A stretch of 62,884 nt of DNA, filler included, from an uncultured bacterium (GCA_964609495.1; 13 parts of 13 records of this genome joined end to end with filler, not necessarily neighbours in it), one strand, 5' to 3'. Shown: positions 37,396 to 47,853, numbered from the whole stretch's first letter. A program made the numbers and translations. The notes: generated from the letters alone by a model not told the origin.

Positions 37396-38505
37396 TCACT
37401 TATAGGGATCAGCTGCATCACGCAGACCATCCCCTAAGAAATTAAAAGCTATGACAGTGATGATCACAAATAGTCCTGGAATTAAGAGCCAGGGATGTAG
37501 AGCCACAGTCCGAAAGTTTTGGGCATCTTGTAGTAGAACACCCCAGCTAACTATTGGGGGACGAAGTCCAAGACCTAAAAAGCTCAAGGAGGTCTCTCCT
37601 AAAATCATACCGGGTATAGACAAAGTCAAGTTCACTATAAGATAACTTAAAAATGAAGGAAGAAGGTGTCTTGTTATTATCCTTCCCTCACTTGCCCCGG
37701 CAATCTTAGCCGCCATGACAAAATCCTCTTCTCTTAGCTCTAAGAATTTTCCTCGAACTACCCGGGCTAAGCCACACCAACCTACAATGGAGAGGATAAT
37801 AGTAATGCTAAAGTAAATTTTAATTGGCGACCAGTGAGGTGGGAGAGCAGCGGCCAAGGCCATCCAGAGGGGAATAGTAGGTATACAGATTAAGAACTCT
37901 ATAACCCTTTGTATAATCATATCTGCCGCTCCCCCAAAATATCCAGAAATTCCTCCTAATATACATCCTAATACAAAACTAAAAAATACCCCTACTAAGC
38001 CAATCGACAAGGAAATACGGGCAGCGTGAATATTGCGAGAGAACAGATCTCTACCCAGATCGTCTGTTCCAAATAAAAATATTGTTCCCTTCTCAACCCC
38101 AAAAAGGTGAATGCCTGTCTCAAATAAATTCCAGAGCTTATATTTATCACCATGAACAAAAAAATAAATAGGACATTTCCTTGTTTTATCCTCAATGTAT
38201 GCTCTACGTAAAGTCACTGGATCACGCTTCTGCTTTAATTCGTAAACGAAGGGACGAAAATGAAATTTTCCCTTCTCGTCGAAAAAGTGTATCCTCTGTG
38301 GCGAACAATAAGGATACTCTCTATAACGTTTATATATGTCATAAGGAGAGAAAAAATCGCTAAATATGGCTACAACATAAAAAATAATTAATAAAGTGCT
38401 ACCCAATATGCTCAACCGATGTTTTTTAAACTTTCGCCACATTAGCTGCCATTGTGAGGCTACATAGAACTTTTCCTCGGCGCTAATCCCTTCCTTTTTT
38501 CTCAT
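37396..38505 (-). CDS. oligopeptide/oligosaccharide ABC transporter permease (OppC family)
   Basis: ASQWQLMWRKFKKH, FGTDDLGRD, ETSLSFLGLGL, GDGLRDAADPY motifs. Confidence 0.92.
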   Translation of the reverse strand: MRKKEGISAEEKFYVASQWQLMWRKFKKHRLSILGSTLLIIFYVVAIFSDFFSPYDIYKRYREYPYCSPQRIHFFDEKGKFHFRPFVYELKQKRDPVTLRRAYIEDKTRKCPIYFFVHGDKYKLWNLFETGIHLFGVEKGTIFLFGTDDLGRDLFSRNIHAARISLSIGLVGVFFSFVLGCILGGISGYFGGAADMIIQRVIEFLICIPTIPLWMALAAALPPHWSPIKIYFSITIILSIVGWCGLARVVRGKFLELREEDFVMAAKIAGASEGRIITRHLLPSFLSYLIVNLTLSIPGMILGETSLSFLGLGLRPPIVSWGVLLQDAQNFRTVALHPWLLIPGLFVIITVIAFNFLGDGLRDAADPYK

Positions 38506-38508
38506 ACT

Positions 38509-39501
38509 TTAAGCTTTCCTTTCATATCGAATACGAGGATCTACCCAGACTAACAAGATATCGGAAATAAAAGTTCCTATTACAGTTAAAAATGTTAGAA
38601 ACATAATGGTGCTTCCTGCTAAATACATATCCTGACTCATTAAGGCTCGGAAAAGCAGAGGTCCCGTAGTAGGCAGGCTAAGCACTATCGCGGTAATGGT
38701 TTCCCCGGAAACGATGCCCGGAAGCGTCCAGCCTATAGTGCTAATTATGGGATTAATAGCTATCCTCACTGGATACTTAAATAAAAGGGTTCTCTCTGAA
38801 ACTCCCTTAGCCCGAGCGGTAATGACATATTGCTTTCTAAGCTCATCCAGTAAACACCCGCGCATAACCCGAATAAGCCCCGCAGTGCCCGCGGTCCCAA
38901 TGACAATTATTGGGATGGGAAAATGTTTTAACATATCGGTAAATTTAGCTACATTCCAGCTTGCTTCTATATATTGTGGGGAAAAAAGACCGCCTATACT
39001 CAAACCAAAATATTTCCAAAAAAGAAACATTAATATTAAAGCGAAAAGGAAGTTTGGAGTAGCCAAGCCAGCAAAGCCGATAACCGTAAAAGTGTAGTCA
39101 CCAATAGAATATTGATGAGTAGCAGAGTAAATCCCTATAGGAACCGCTACAGAATAGGTGAAAATAAGAGTAAAAATGGATATCATTACCGTCAATGGTA
39201 GGCGCTCACCTATTAGCTTGACCACTGGCTTATTCCACTCAAAAGATCTTCCCAGATCCCCGCGGAGCATTTTTCCCATCCACCTAAAATATTGAATGTA
39301 CATTGGTAAATCCAAGCCATAAAGCTTCCTCAAGGAAGCAATTTCTTCCTCCTCTATAGTTTCACCCTGCATCCTTAACATGCTCGTATAAGAACTTAAG
39401 AAATCGCCCGGAGGAAGTTGAATGATTATAAAGGCAACTATAGATATCCCTATGAGTACAACCACCATAAAAAGAAATCGGCGAATAATATAGTAAAGCA
39501 T
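38509..39501 (-). CDS. oligopeptide/oligosaccharide ABC transporter permease (OppB family)
   Basis: IQLPPGD, TARAKG, QDMYLAG, DPRIRY motifs. Confidence 0.92.
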   Translation of the reverse strand: MLYYIIRRFLFMVVVLIGISIVAFIIIQLPPGDFLSSYTSMLRMQGETIEEEEIASLRKLYGLDLPMYIQYFRWMGKMLRGDLGRSFEWNKPVVKLIGERLPLTVMISIFTLIFTYSVAVPIGIYSATHQYSIGDYTFTVIGFAGLATPNFLFALILMFLFWKYFGLSIGGLFSPQYIEASWNVAKFTDMLKHFPIPIIVIGTAGTAGLIRVMRGCLLDELRKQYVITARAKGVSERTLLFKYPVRIAINPIISTIGWTLPGIVSGETITAIVLSLPTTGPLLFRALMSQDMYLAGSTIMFLTFLTVIGTFISDILLVWVDPRIRYERKA

Positions 39502-39550
39502 TTTTATCTCCTATAAGTTTCCCCATTAATAAAAGTAAATTTTGCAAAAA

Positions 39551-39581
39551 GAGTTTCTCCTCCCCCAGGGAGGAGAAACTC
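39551..39581 (-). terminator. intergenic hairpin after the SBP gene
   Basis: GAGTTTCTCCTCCC-CCA-GGGAGGAGAAACTC. Confidence 0.65.
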
Positions 39582-39600
39582 TTAAATTTTTATATCACCC

Positions 39601-39645
39601 TTATTTTTGTTTAATGAAGTATTGTTCTGGATAGGTATTTGCAGG
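39601..39645 (-). CDS. C-terminal tip of a family-5 ABC substrate-binding protein
   Basis: PANTYPEQYFIKQK*, directly upstream of the oppB/oppC pair. Confidence 0.55.
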   Translation of the reverse strand, partial: PANTYPEQYFIKQK

Positions 39646-39747
39646 AGNNNNNNNNNNNNNNNNNNNNNNNNNNNNNNNNNNNNNNNNNNNNTTAATTAAT
39701 TAANNNNNNNNNNNNNNNNNNNNNNNNNNNNNNNNNNNNNNNNNNNN

Positions 39748-40048
39748 CCATCCACAATATACAGTTGGCTAAAGGATTGCCCTGGCTATCAACTGGGATT
39801 AACCCCTCGCGCTGACTGGTAACGGAGACCGCTACTATCTCCTCTCTCATCTCAGTTTTGGTTACAACCTTTCGGACTGTTCTCTTGATAGCTTCCCACC
39901 ATTGTCTAGGATCCTGCTCTGCCCAATCCGGCTTAGGTTGAATTATCGGATATTCCTCGTATGATGAACCGAGGTCCTTGCCCTTAGGATCGAAGATGAC
40001 CGCTTTACAACCTCCAGTTCCCACATCTATAGCTAATATAGAACTCAC
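39748..40048 (-). CDS. FGGY-family carbohydrate kinase, 3'-truncated
   Basis: AIDVGTGGCK, WAEQDP..WW, TSQREG motifs. Confidence 0.9.
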
Positions 40049-40100
40049 TCGATATCTCCCTTCTGTCTTGTTAACAACTCAAAGACCAAAATGGGAGCGA

Positions 40101-40943
40101 TTATGGTCCCTCATATCCCTTCTTCTTGAGATGGTCGGCATAATCAGTTCCCTTAACCTCTCTGGGGCTTGCCTGCACCTTAATTTTGATAAGAGCCTCA
40201 GCCTCCTCCCCATAGGGGCCCTCCGCTAATATCTCTTCATCCGGGCCAATCGCTAGAGAACAGCCGATCGCCTTTTTTCCTTTCCATACTCCCGCGTTTA
40301 GCACTCCGACATTGCTCACTCCAGCTATCGTCATCCCATAAAGTCGGGCCAAGGTCCGATAGGATTCTTTCCACATCTCGCCATAGGGGGTCTTCTCATT
40401 ATCAAAATCAGCTTCAACTGCCCACGCCGAGGGGGATAGGATGAAATGAGCTCCCATTCGAGCGAGGGTATGTCCTATCGCTAGGGAGCTAGGAAAATTG
40501 TCAGCACAGATATCTATCCCGATCGTCCCGAATCGAGTCTCAACGACACCAAGACTATCTCCGATGCTATATATATCCTGAGCGATCGAGAGGACGTTGA
40601 TCTTGCGATGCTTGAGAAGTATCTCTCCTGAAGGATCTATCAATAGAGCCGAGTTGAAGATTCGGCTTCCCTCACGCTCCGTTAATCCAGCGATAACAAA
40701 GATATGATTCTCCTCGGCTGATCGACAAAGACGCTCTGATGTCCTACCTGGAATATTCTCAGCTAACTGATGGGCGCTCGGATGGGTCCAGCCTAAGTCC
40801 AAACACTCAGGCAAGACGATCATCTCACAGCCATCTTTAGCCGCTTCGGCGATCATACTCACCGCGCGGGCGAGATTGGCTTCCTTGTTGCCACCCTCAA
40901 CGTAGAGTTGCCCCATCGCTAAGTTGAACGGTTCGAAGCTCAT
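40101..40943 (-). CDS. carbon-nitrogen hydrolase (nitrilase superfamily)
   Basis: Catalytic triad contexts LPEC, KHRKI and ICAD. Confidence 0.88.
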   Translation of the reverse strand: MSFEPFNLAMGQLYVEGGNKEANLARAVSMIAEAAKDGCEMIVLPECLDLGWTHPSAHQLAENIPGRTSERLCRSAEENHIFVIAGLTEREGSRIFNSALLIDPSGEILLKHRKINVLSIAQDIYSIGDSLGVVETRFGTIGIDICADNFPSSLAIGHTLARMGAHFILSPSAWAVEADFDNEKTPYGEMWKESYRTLARLYGMTIAGVSNVGVLNAGVWKGKKAIGCSLAIGPDEEILAEGPYGEEAEALIKIKVQASPREVKGTDYADHLKKKGYEGP

Positions 40944-41016
40944 CTTACTTTTCCTCCCTAATATCTTTTGATATAATATACCATATCTAGCCTAACTTGT
41001 CAATCCTGAAACTCAG

Positions 41017-42063
41017 TTAATATCTCCCTAATTCCCAACCAGCCTCGAACATCTCCACTATGTTCTCAACCGGGACTTCGGGGAGAAAGCTTTGACTCGC
41101 TGAGAGGATGAATCCACCGCCTACTCCTATAGTCTCTATCCTCTCCTTGACTTCATTCCTAACATCCCCCGCAGTTCCGTAAGGAAGTGTCCACTGAGTA
41201 TCTATCGACCCATGAAAAGAGATATGAGCGCCGAACTCTTTCTTCAACTCCACCGGATCCATGCCAGTCGCCTTGACTTGGATCGGATCAAGGACATCCA
41301 AGCCGATATCCACTAGATCAGGGATTATCTTTCGAATGCTTCCGCAGGAATGCATTAGAATCTTTAGATCGTAACTTTTGCCTAAGTCGAATAATCTCTT
41401 TAAAGGCGGTTTAAAATATTTCCTCCACATTTCTACACTCATCAGTAACCCCGTCTGCATTCCATAATCATCGCCTAAATAGAAGAAGTCTATACCTCCC
41501 TTGACAGCCTCGAATATCATCCTGCTCATCTCCCAATAGAAGTCGGTGATCTTCTCTACTATCGCCTCTGCTACGGGTGGATTGATGATCATATTGATCA
41601 TAAAGGTTTCCATACCCTGGAGAGCAGATGCAATGCAGAATATCGGGCTCCATCCTCCCCCTACCACTGCGTAATCTTTATACTTCTCGCAGTCGTCGGC
41701 AAGTTGAGAGTAATCGAACCAATCGGGATCGGGCCAGGGGTGAGCTTCCACCTCGGCGATGGTAGTAACATCTTTTAAAGGCACGCTACTGCCCGATTCG
41801 GATAGTATGGAAAGACCCCGAATCGACCAGATATCATCAGCACTTCCATCAGGATAGGTCCTCAGCTCCGGACCGATGTATATCGGGTCCACTTTGCGCA
41901 GATCGGAATGAAGTCTGATCAGCATATCCTCGTGATTATCTACTCCTAGGTATTTATATACTTTCTCGCTGACCTTCGGCATAGGCCAGAGATCATAGCT
42001 CATAGGCACTCTATCTGGCTCTTTATGATCGACAGCCATCATAACTCTTCCCTTCGAATTCAT
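41017..42063 (-). CDS. URO-D/MtaA-CmuA family protein
   Basis: EPDRVP, WPDPDW, GDDYG.Q, MHSCGS, GSIDTQ motifs. Confidence 0.88.
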   Translation of the reverse strand: MNSKGRVMMAVDHKEPDRVPMSYDLWPMPKVSEKVYKYLGVDNHEDMLIRLHSDLRKVDPIYIGPELRTYPDGSADDIWSIRGLSILSESGSSVPLKDVTTIAEVEAHPWPDPDWFDYSQLADDCEKYKDYAVVGGGWSPIFCIASALQGMETFMINMIINPPVAEAIVEKITDFYWEMSRMIFEAVKGGIDFFYLGDDYGMQTGLLMSVEMWRKYFKPPLKRLFDLGKSYDLKILMHSCGSIRKIIPDLVDIGLDVLDPIQVKATGMDPVELKKEFGAHISFHGSIDTQWTLPYGTAGDVRNEVKERIETIGVGGGFILSASQSFLPEVPVENIVEMFEAGWELGRY

Positions 42064-42187
42064 ACTCCAACCTCCTCAGCCCTATTGTTTATCTTCTTCT
42101 AACTTCTCAAGATACCTCTACATCTGTCCTCTTCAATTAAGCCTTTAGTGAAATTATATCATATATAGTTCAATATTACAATGCAAT

Positions 42188-42220
42188 AAAGTCGATAGGA
42201 ATAATAATCCTATCGACTTT
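42188..42220 (-). terminator. terminator-like hairpin
   Basis: AAAGTCGATAGGA...TCCTATCGACTTT. Confidence 0.65.
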
Positions 42221-42256
42221 AACTTTCCAGGGTAGATAAGCGCTGGTGATCCGCTT

Positions 42257-44260
42257 CTATTTTTTCTCGATCACGATCATCTGATGGATATGCAGGCTAG
42301 GGACTGTTACCTCCAGATATCCATTTTCTTCGGAGTATTCAATTTCCTCCTCGGAGGGAGCTAGATAGATTCGAGCGGGTTCGAAGGTTTTCTTCACCCT
42401 GACCTTAATATCAGTAACGACCGGGATCTCCTCTATTATCTCTCGTCCTTCTCCTCTCTTTTCGCTGTGATAGTTGACTAGATGCACTATCCAGTTATTG
42501 TCTTGCTCTAACAGAGAGACCTCAACTGAGATAGCCACCTCAACTATCAACACCTTGTCCTCGATGATCATATCCAGCGCGTTCTTGACCAGCTTGCGAT
42601 ATACTGGGTTATTGCTCGTATAGTAGGTATTGAACAGAGGTGCGGAAAGATATATAACCTTTCCCTTTCCATACCTGTTCATAACTACTGCTGGATATGC
42701 GCTCTCATAAGAGGCAGGGGCTTGAGCATGGGAGAAGAAGCGATGAGTTTTTCTCTCGGTAGCAGGATATACTACCTTCGCCAAGATCTCTGCATCTCCT
42801 ATGGGATTCACTTGGGTGAATCCGTCATATACTACCAGATCCATCTCAGGAAGATTCTTACCTATAGCCTCATTCTTAACTCGTAGATAGTGGATAGTAT
42901 AAGGTCCTGGCCCGGCGTATTTCACCCCGAATAGATCTTTTAACTCGAAGTCGGCTTCGGTCTTATCTGGGTTGGATAGGCTTGCTATTCCACTAGCTAG
43001 TAGCGCGCCCCCCGAGGCTACAAACTCCTTTAACTTGAGGATAGCTTCTTCCGAGAGATCTTGATTATCGGGGAGAACTATCGCCTTGAAGGGAGTGAGA
43101 TCGGAGAACTTATCTATTATATCGAAGTGATAATGGTTCTCGATCAGCATCTTAGTTGCGCCAAATAGACTCATCATCCCAATATCCTTGGTTCCCATAG
43201 TCTCTCTATCTTCATCAGCTAAGATGGCGATATAGGGAATGCTCTTAGATCTTAAGCACCATTTTTCCCTCTCTTTGACGAACTGGTAAGCCTCTCCGAT
43301 AGTCTCATAGACAGCAGGCTCTAATCTGCCAGTGGGATTGCACTGATCACCTATGGAGCAGGTGCCTCCATTTGCCAACATCGTAGCACATTCGTATTTG
43401 AGCATCGCGACACTCTTGAGGGAGCCAAAATCCGCCCAACTCCTATGGAATCTGGCAGTAACCCCATCCATTGGCTTCCCCAGGTTTCGGATATAGCGAG
43501 AATATAAGGGAAGATAGAGGAAACCCCAGGCATGGGGTAGCGATTCGATCTCGAATTTATCGAGATAGGGCGCTCTTGATCTCGCTCCGATCTTGATCAT
43601 ATTGTTATAAGCGACTGCAACCTCGGGATTGATCGACTTCACCAAATTGGTAGTTCCCTTCAAGAAACGCTCTACGGAGAGATTATTGAAGCGCTGATGC
43701 TCCTTCAGATTGCGCGGATCCATCCCCTCAGCTTTCATGGCTTTCAGGCAATGTTCACAAAAGCAGGTATTAGAGGGGAAGAATACGATATCAAACCACA
43801 TTCCATCTACCGGATAGTTATTCACGATCTCCTCTACTTGGCGCCAGAGATATTCGGGAACATAAGGAGAGTTGATACAAAGAGAGGTCCAATTACCAGC
43901 CATAACTTTATCACCCTCTGCATCTAGCATTCGCCAATCGGGGTTAGCTGGTCCGATTAGGTTGTCCCAGATAACGCTGTGATAGCACCAAACTTTAATA
44001 TCCTGCTTATGAGCCTCCTCCAATATCTCGCCGAATAGATCATAATCTAGGGCGGGATGCTTGGTTCCGATCTTGGTATTATAGAACGACATACCATGAT
44101 GCCCTTTGCTGAAGATAACCACCACATTAACGTTAGCGGAAGCTAAAGTATTAACATAAGTTTTTGCATCGAATTTGCTCCCCGTCTCCCTTAACCAAGG
44201 AGCGGTGTGAAAGTCCATATGGATCTTTCGGAATCTTTCCTCTAACCAATCTAATGACAT
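42257..44260 (-). CDS. putative glycoside hydrolase (TIM-barrel + trimerisation/GATase-like domain)
   Basis: RKIHMDFHT, SKGHHGMSFY.T, DGMWFDI, RFHRSWADFG, CSIGDQ motifs; start at ATG 44260 after an AAAGGAGG SD. Confidence 0.78.
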   Translation of the reverse strand: MSLDWLEERFRKIHMDFHTAPWLRETGSKFDAKTYVNTLASANVNVVVIFSKGHHGMSFYNTKIGTKHPALDYDLFGEILEEAHKQDIKVWCYHSVIWDNLIGPANPDWRMLDAEGDKVMAGNWTSLCINSPYVPEYLWRQVEEIVNNYPVDGMWFDIVFFPSNTCFCEHCLKAMKAEGMDPRNLKEHQRFNNLSVERFLKGTTNLVKSINPEVAVAYNNMIKIGARSRAPYLDKFEIESLPHAWGFLYLPLYSRYIRNLGKPMDGVTARFHRSWADFGSLKSVAMLKYECATMLANGGTCSIGDQCNPTGRLEPAVYETIGEAYQFVKEREKWCLRSKSIPYIAILADEDRETMGTKDIGMMSLFGATKMLIENHYHFDIIDKFSDLTPFKAIVLPDNQDLSEEAILKLKEFVASGGALLASGIASLSNPDKTEADFELKDLFGVKYAGPGPYTIHYLRVKNEAIGKNLPEMDLVVYDGFTQVNPIGDAEILAKVVYPATERKTHRFFSHAQAPASYESAYPAVVMNRYGKGKVIYLSAPLFNTYYTSNNPVYRKLVKNALDMIIEDKVLIVEVAISVEVSLLEQDNNWIVHLVNYHSEKRGEGREIIEEIPVVTDIKVRVKKTFEPARIYLAPSEEEIEYSEENGYLEVTVPSLHIHQMIVIEKK

Positions 44261-44330
44261 CCGATCTTCCTCCTTTATGTTAATAGTTTTTGAAGAATTA
44301 AGTATTTTCAAGTAAATAAGTTCCTAATTT

Positions 44331-44462
44331 CCCCCTCACCCTATCCTTCTCCCACGAGGGGAGAGGGAATACCAGATAAGCTTACTCTCTTTAGTTCCCC
44401 CTCCCTCGACGGGAGGGGTTAGGGGAGGGTGATTTAAGGTGAGTTAAAGACCTAATCTGATC
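44331..44462. repeat. hairpin doublet with an empty MITE site; contig ends inside the repeat
   Basis: Same doublet as 17773-17877, followed by GGGTGATTTAAGGTGAGTT. Confidence 0.88.
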
Positions 44463-44562
44463 NNNNNNNNNNNNNNNNNNNNNNNNNNNNNNNNNNNNNN
44501 NNNNNNTTAATTAATTAANNNNNNNNNNNNNNNNNNNNNNNNNNNNNNNNNNNNNNNNNNNN

Positions 44563-45336
44563 TTGGTAACCCAAGCTCTGATTAAGGAGTATAATGAGGG
44601 AACTCCAGAAGAGAAGAGGAACTTGGTAAATATCGAAACTACTTGGAATCAGATGACCAGCGCTTCTAAGGAGGAGAGAGAAGGCTTAAGAATTATGCTT
44701 GCTCAGTATTTGCTAGGAGAGGCTCAAAAAGATCCAAACGATCCCTTGTCAGCTATGATCATAGAGGTCTATAACAAGACGAATACGATCTTAGTCCAGG
44801 ACACACCTCCTTTCACTCAGCAATCTCTTGATGCTTTCGTGGAGATGTTCCAATTCACTATCTCCGTTATCACTGGACAAGAGCGTCAGTTCTCTCAGGA
44901 GGAGATAAACGAAATCGCTAAAAGTATCATTACCGCTTATCCCACCTATCCCCCCGAAGTGAAACAATTCTTCTCTCAATCCGATCTTGCTTGGACCATA
45001 ATTCGCTATGCTTGGAGTCAAGCAGATGGAGCTCAACGAGCAGTGCTCATCGATCAGCTAACTCAACTCTTCTTTGGAACTACTAAGGATAATCTGGTGG
45101 CAGATGCCTCGGCAAAGGTATCCGAACAGATGCCAACAGATACGGGAGAGATAAGCAGTGCTGACCTTCTCGCTAAACAACAGGAATTGATGGATCAACA
45201 GCTGAACTTCCAAATGCAGATGAATATACTTAATATGCAACATGAGATGTCTATGAGTATCATCAATAATATGCCTGGAGGCGGCGGTATGGTGTATGGA
45301 TATGAAGATTCGTATGGAACTTTCTGGGAGTATTGA
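44563..45336 (+). CDS. hypothetical helical protein, 5'-truncated, Gln/Met-rich C-terminus
   Basis: Long ORF with host-like codon use; no family recognised. Confidence 0.7.
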   Translation: MVTQALIKEYNEGTPEEKRNLVNIETTWNQMTSASKEEREGLRIMLAQYLLGEAQKDPNDPLSAMIIEVYNKTNTILVQDTPPFTQQSLDAFVEMFQFTISVITGQERQFSQEEINEIAKSIITAYPTYPPEVKQFFSQSDLAWTIIRYAWSQADGAQRAVLIDQLTQLFFGTTKDNLVADASAKVSEQMPTDTGEISSADLLAKQQELMDQQLNFQMQMNILNMQHEMSMSIINNMPGGGGMVYGYEDSYGTFWEY

Positions 45337-45397
45337 TCCAAGAGGGAGAGATCTTCCCCCTATATTAATGCGATGAGACAAGAAAGGGTGTGATTCG

Positions 45398-46411
45398 ATG
45401 CAAGCAGTAGTATTTGATAAGGTAAGGAGCATTAAGATCAAGGAAGTTGATACTCCTAAACCTGGGCCTAAAGAAGTTCTGATAAAGGTGAAAGCTGGAG
45501 GGATATGTGGCACAGATGTTCACATCTATGAGGGCGATTTTATCGCGAATTATCCTCTTATTCCCGGTCATGAGTTCTCAGGAGTAGTGGAGGAGGTGGG
45601 AGAGGAAGTAACCAATTTCAAGAAAGGAGATCGGGTAGCTGTTGATCCTTCTGTTTACTGCCATGATTGTTATTTCTGCAAGACTAATAGAGGGAATCAC
45701 TGCTTGAACTGGAATGCATACGGAGTTACTTTAGATGGGGCTTTCGCCGACTACGTTGTTGTTCAGTCGCCCAGTGTTTATCCCATAGGTGATTTGAGCT
45801 TCGAGGAGGCTGCCTTTATCGAACCAATATCCTGTGTAGTATATGGATTGCGTCGTCTCAAGGTCAGAACTGGAGATGAGGTGTTGATCTTCGGCTCAGG
45901 TGCGATTGGGTTATTGCTGATGCAATTGATCAAGCATGGCGGAGCCTCGAAAGTTGTGGTAACTGATCTTAAGGAGAAGAGATTGAAGATAGCTGAGTCC
46001 TTAGGAGCTCACGCTACAGTGGTCGCTGATGCTTCGCAGGAGAAGAAGCTGAGGGATATGGCGCCTTTGGGATTTGATGTGGTGGTCGATGCTACGGGAG
46101 TGCCTAAAGTCGTAGAGGGGATGTTCAAATATATCAAGCCTACTGGTAAAATTCTAGTATTTGGTGTTTGTCCTAATGATTCACAGATATCCGTGAATCC
46201 TTTTGAAGTCTATAAGAAGGATTTAGAGATATATGGATCATTTGCCCTTTGCTACACCTTTGATCCCGCAGTGAGATTGCTTCAGAATAAGGTTATCGAT
46301 ATCAAACCTCTCCTCTCTCATACTATGGGATTAAGTGATTTCCCGAAGGCTTTTGAGATGATTATGTCTGGCAGTGGAGAAGCGATGAAGATTCAGATCC
46401 AACCTGAGTAG
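45398..46411 (+). CDS. zinc-dependent alcohol/polyol dehydrogenase (MDR family)
   Basis: GICGTD, GHEFSG, C..C..C.......C structural zinc, GSGAIG motifs. Confidence 0.93.
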   Translation: MQAVVFDKVRSIKIKEVDTPKPGPKEVLIKVKAGGICGTDVHIYEGDFIANYPLIPGHEFSGVVEEVGEEVTNFKKGDRVAVDPSVYCHDCYFCKTNRGNHCLNWNAYGVTLDGAFADYVVVQSPSVYPIGDLSFEEAAFIEPISCVVYGLRRLKVRTGDEVLIFGSGAIGLLLMQLIKHGGASKVVVTDLKEKRLKIAESLGAHATVVADASQEKKLRDMAPLGFDVVVDATGVPKVVEGMFKYIKPTGKILVFGVCPNDSQISVNPFEVYKKDLEIYGSFALCYTFDPAVRLLQNKVIDIKPLLSHTMGLSDFPKAFEMIMSGSGEAMKIQIQPE

Positions 46412-46435
46412 ATTCCGATTTCACAGTTAGAGGAT

Positions 46436-46472
46436 AAGCTCCCCCGATATGTAGATTCGGAGGAGCTTTCTT
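46436..46472 (+). terminator. terminator after the dehydrogenase gene
   Basis: AAGCTCC.CCGA...TCGGAGGAGCTT followed by TCTT. Confidence 0.6.
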
Positions 46473-46540
46473 ATTATAGCTCCTTCTACTTCTATGATAG
46501 CTTATACCTGCCTGTCCTGTTTTAATTTTTCATCTAGCTA

Positions 46541-46569
46541 TTGATTATGACTCAATTTTCTGATATAAT
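46541..46569 (+). promoter_or_regulatory. promoter of the three-gene HEPN operon
   Basis: TTGATT-N17-TATAAT with extended -10 TG. Confidence 0.75.
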
Positions 46570-46653
46570 GTAAACAGTTAAATATCAATTCGATTGGAGA
46601 CTTCAAGCCTATAATCTGTATTTGATCTTAGACGACCGAGGAGGTCTGAATTA

Positions 46654-47412
46654 ATGGGTAGGAGATATAAGAATCCCCCGATTATTGAGGCTGTATGCGA
46701 ATTTCGATTCGAGAGAGGTTCTCCCTGGGATCTTACTATCCCTGGTCTCATTTATGAAAAGGTGCGGGATGGCTTTCCTAAAAGAAAACAAGCTAAACAA
46801 GTCCAAATCGAGATCTCAGCAGTGACAGAAGGCTTAGAACAGCAAGTTACAACGACGGACAGAATGCGGTTTTTGCGCGAGGATGAAAAGGTTCTTATTC
46901 AGGTTGGGCCAGATCTTTTGGCTGTTAATCATTTGAAACCCTATCCCTCATGGAGAGAATTCCAACCTTTGATCGAGAAGGGATTTAAGGCCTACAGTGA
47001 AACCACGAATCCTAAAGGTATCCGCCGTATTGGACTGCGATATATTAATCGTATCGAAATTCCTAATCAAGGTGAATTGAAAGATTATTTCTCTTTCTAT
47101 CCATTCATAGGGAAAAATTGGGGGGAAATTTTGCCTCAGAAAATTAATTCATTTATCTCTGGAATCCAGATCCCCTATGAGAATTCAAGGGATATCTTAA
47201 GGCTCAAGTTAGGAAGTGCCAGAGCCGAAACATCTGATACCAGTGGGGTGATTCTCGACCTTGACTATTTTCTCGCTGAATCGGAAGATGTTCCCCTAGA
47301 TAAAAAGAAAGTTTTTGAATGGATAAATTTTGCCCATAATCATATCGAAGAGGTATTTGAAGCCTGCATTACAGATCGATTAAGGCAGATGTTTGAGGAG
47401 GTAAAGGAATAG
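46654..47412 (+). CDS. TIGR04255-family-like protein (function unknown)
   Basis: Signature-like YKNPPIIEAVCEFRF, YPSWREF, RIGLRYINRI, ILDLD and H...EEVFE..IT motifs; GAGGAGG SD. Confidence 0.85.
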   Translation: MGRRYKNPPIIEAVCEFRFERGSPWDLTIPGLIYEKVRDGFPKRKQAKQVQIEISAVTEGLEQQVTTTDRMRFLREDEKVLIQVGPDLLAVNHLKPYPSWREFQPLIEKGFKAYSETTNPKGIRRIGLRYINRIEIPNQGELKDYFSFYPFIGKNWGEILPQKINSFISGIQIPYENSRDILRLKLGSARAETSDTSGVILDLDYFLAESEDVPLDKKKVFEWINFAHNHIEEVFEACITDRLRQMFEEVKE

Positions 47413-47853
47413 ATGCCACAACAACAAGTGGAAAACCGAATACCATTGCTAACGCCTCTAGTTGCACCTGCTGTGATGGCCTGGCAAGAGATAGATGGCA
47501 CTTCTATTACTACGCTCGTCTCAGAGGACGATATCCAATTGCTTGAGATACTGTATGTCTTCAGAGGACAAGAGGAGGTTTTAGAGTTTCTTGAGAGATA
47601 CCCTTTTCTTGTTTCTTTATTGATTGAGACTCATAGTAAAATTGAAAATTATTTTGAACTATATCCCCAGGTATTTCTTGAAGTCTTCACCGATCCAGAA
47701 GCAATTGATGATCGTCAATTAGTAGCTTCTATCCGCACGAATCTCACTCCGAATGAGGTTCTCGATAAACTTGATCGGTTAGATGAAGAATGGTGGTTAG
47801 ATAATATGGATAGAGCCAGAGGTAAATTCTGTATAGATGTGGAGTTTTTATGA
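47413..47853 (+). CDS. hypothetical acidic protein, putative HEPN partner
   Basis: ATG directly follows the upstream TAG and the stop overlaps the HEPN ATG; core EVLEFL...P.L..LL......I..YF...LEV..DPE...LDEEWW. Confidence 0.7.
   Translation: MPQQQVENRIPLLTPLVAPAVMAWQEIDGTSITTLVSEDDIQLLEILYVFRGQEEVLEFLERYPFLVSLLIETHSKIENYFELYPQVFLEVFTDPEAIDDRQLVASIRTNLTPNEVLDKLDRLDEEWWLDNMDRARGKFCIDVEFL

Noticed and set aside
17773-44462. Hairpin repeats as a possible CRISPR array or integron attC sites
   Set aside because: They are dispersed, with no regular repeat-spacer periodicity, no cas or integrase gene and no attC core sites.
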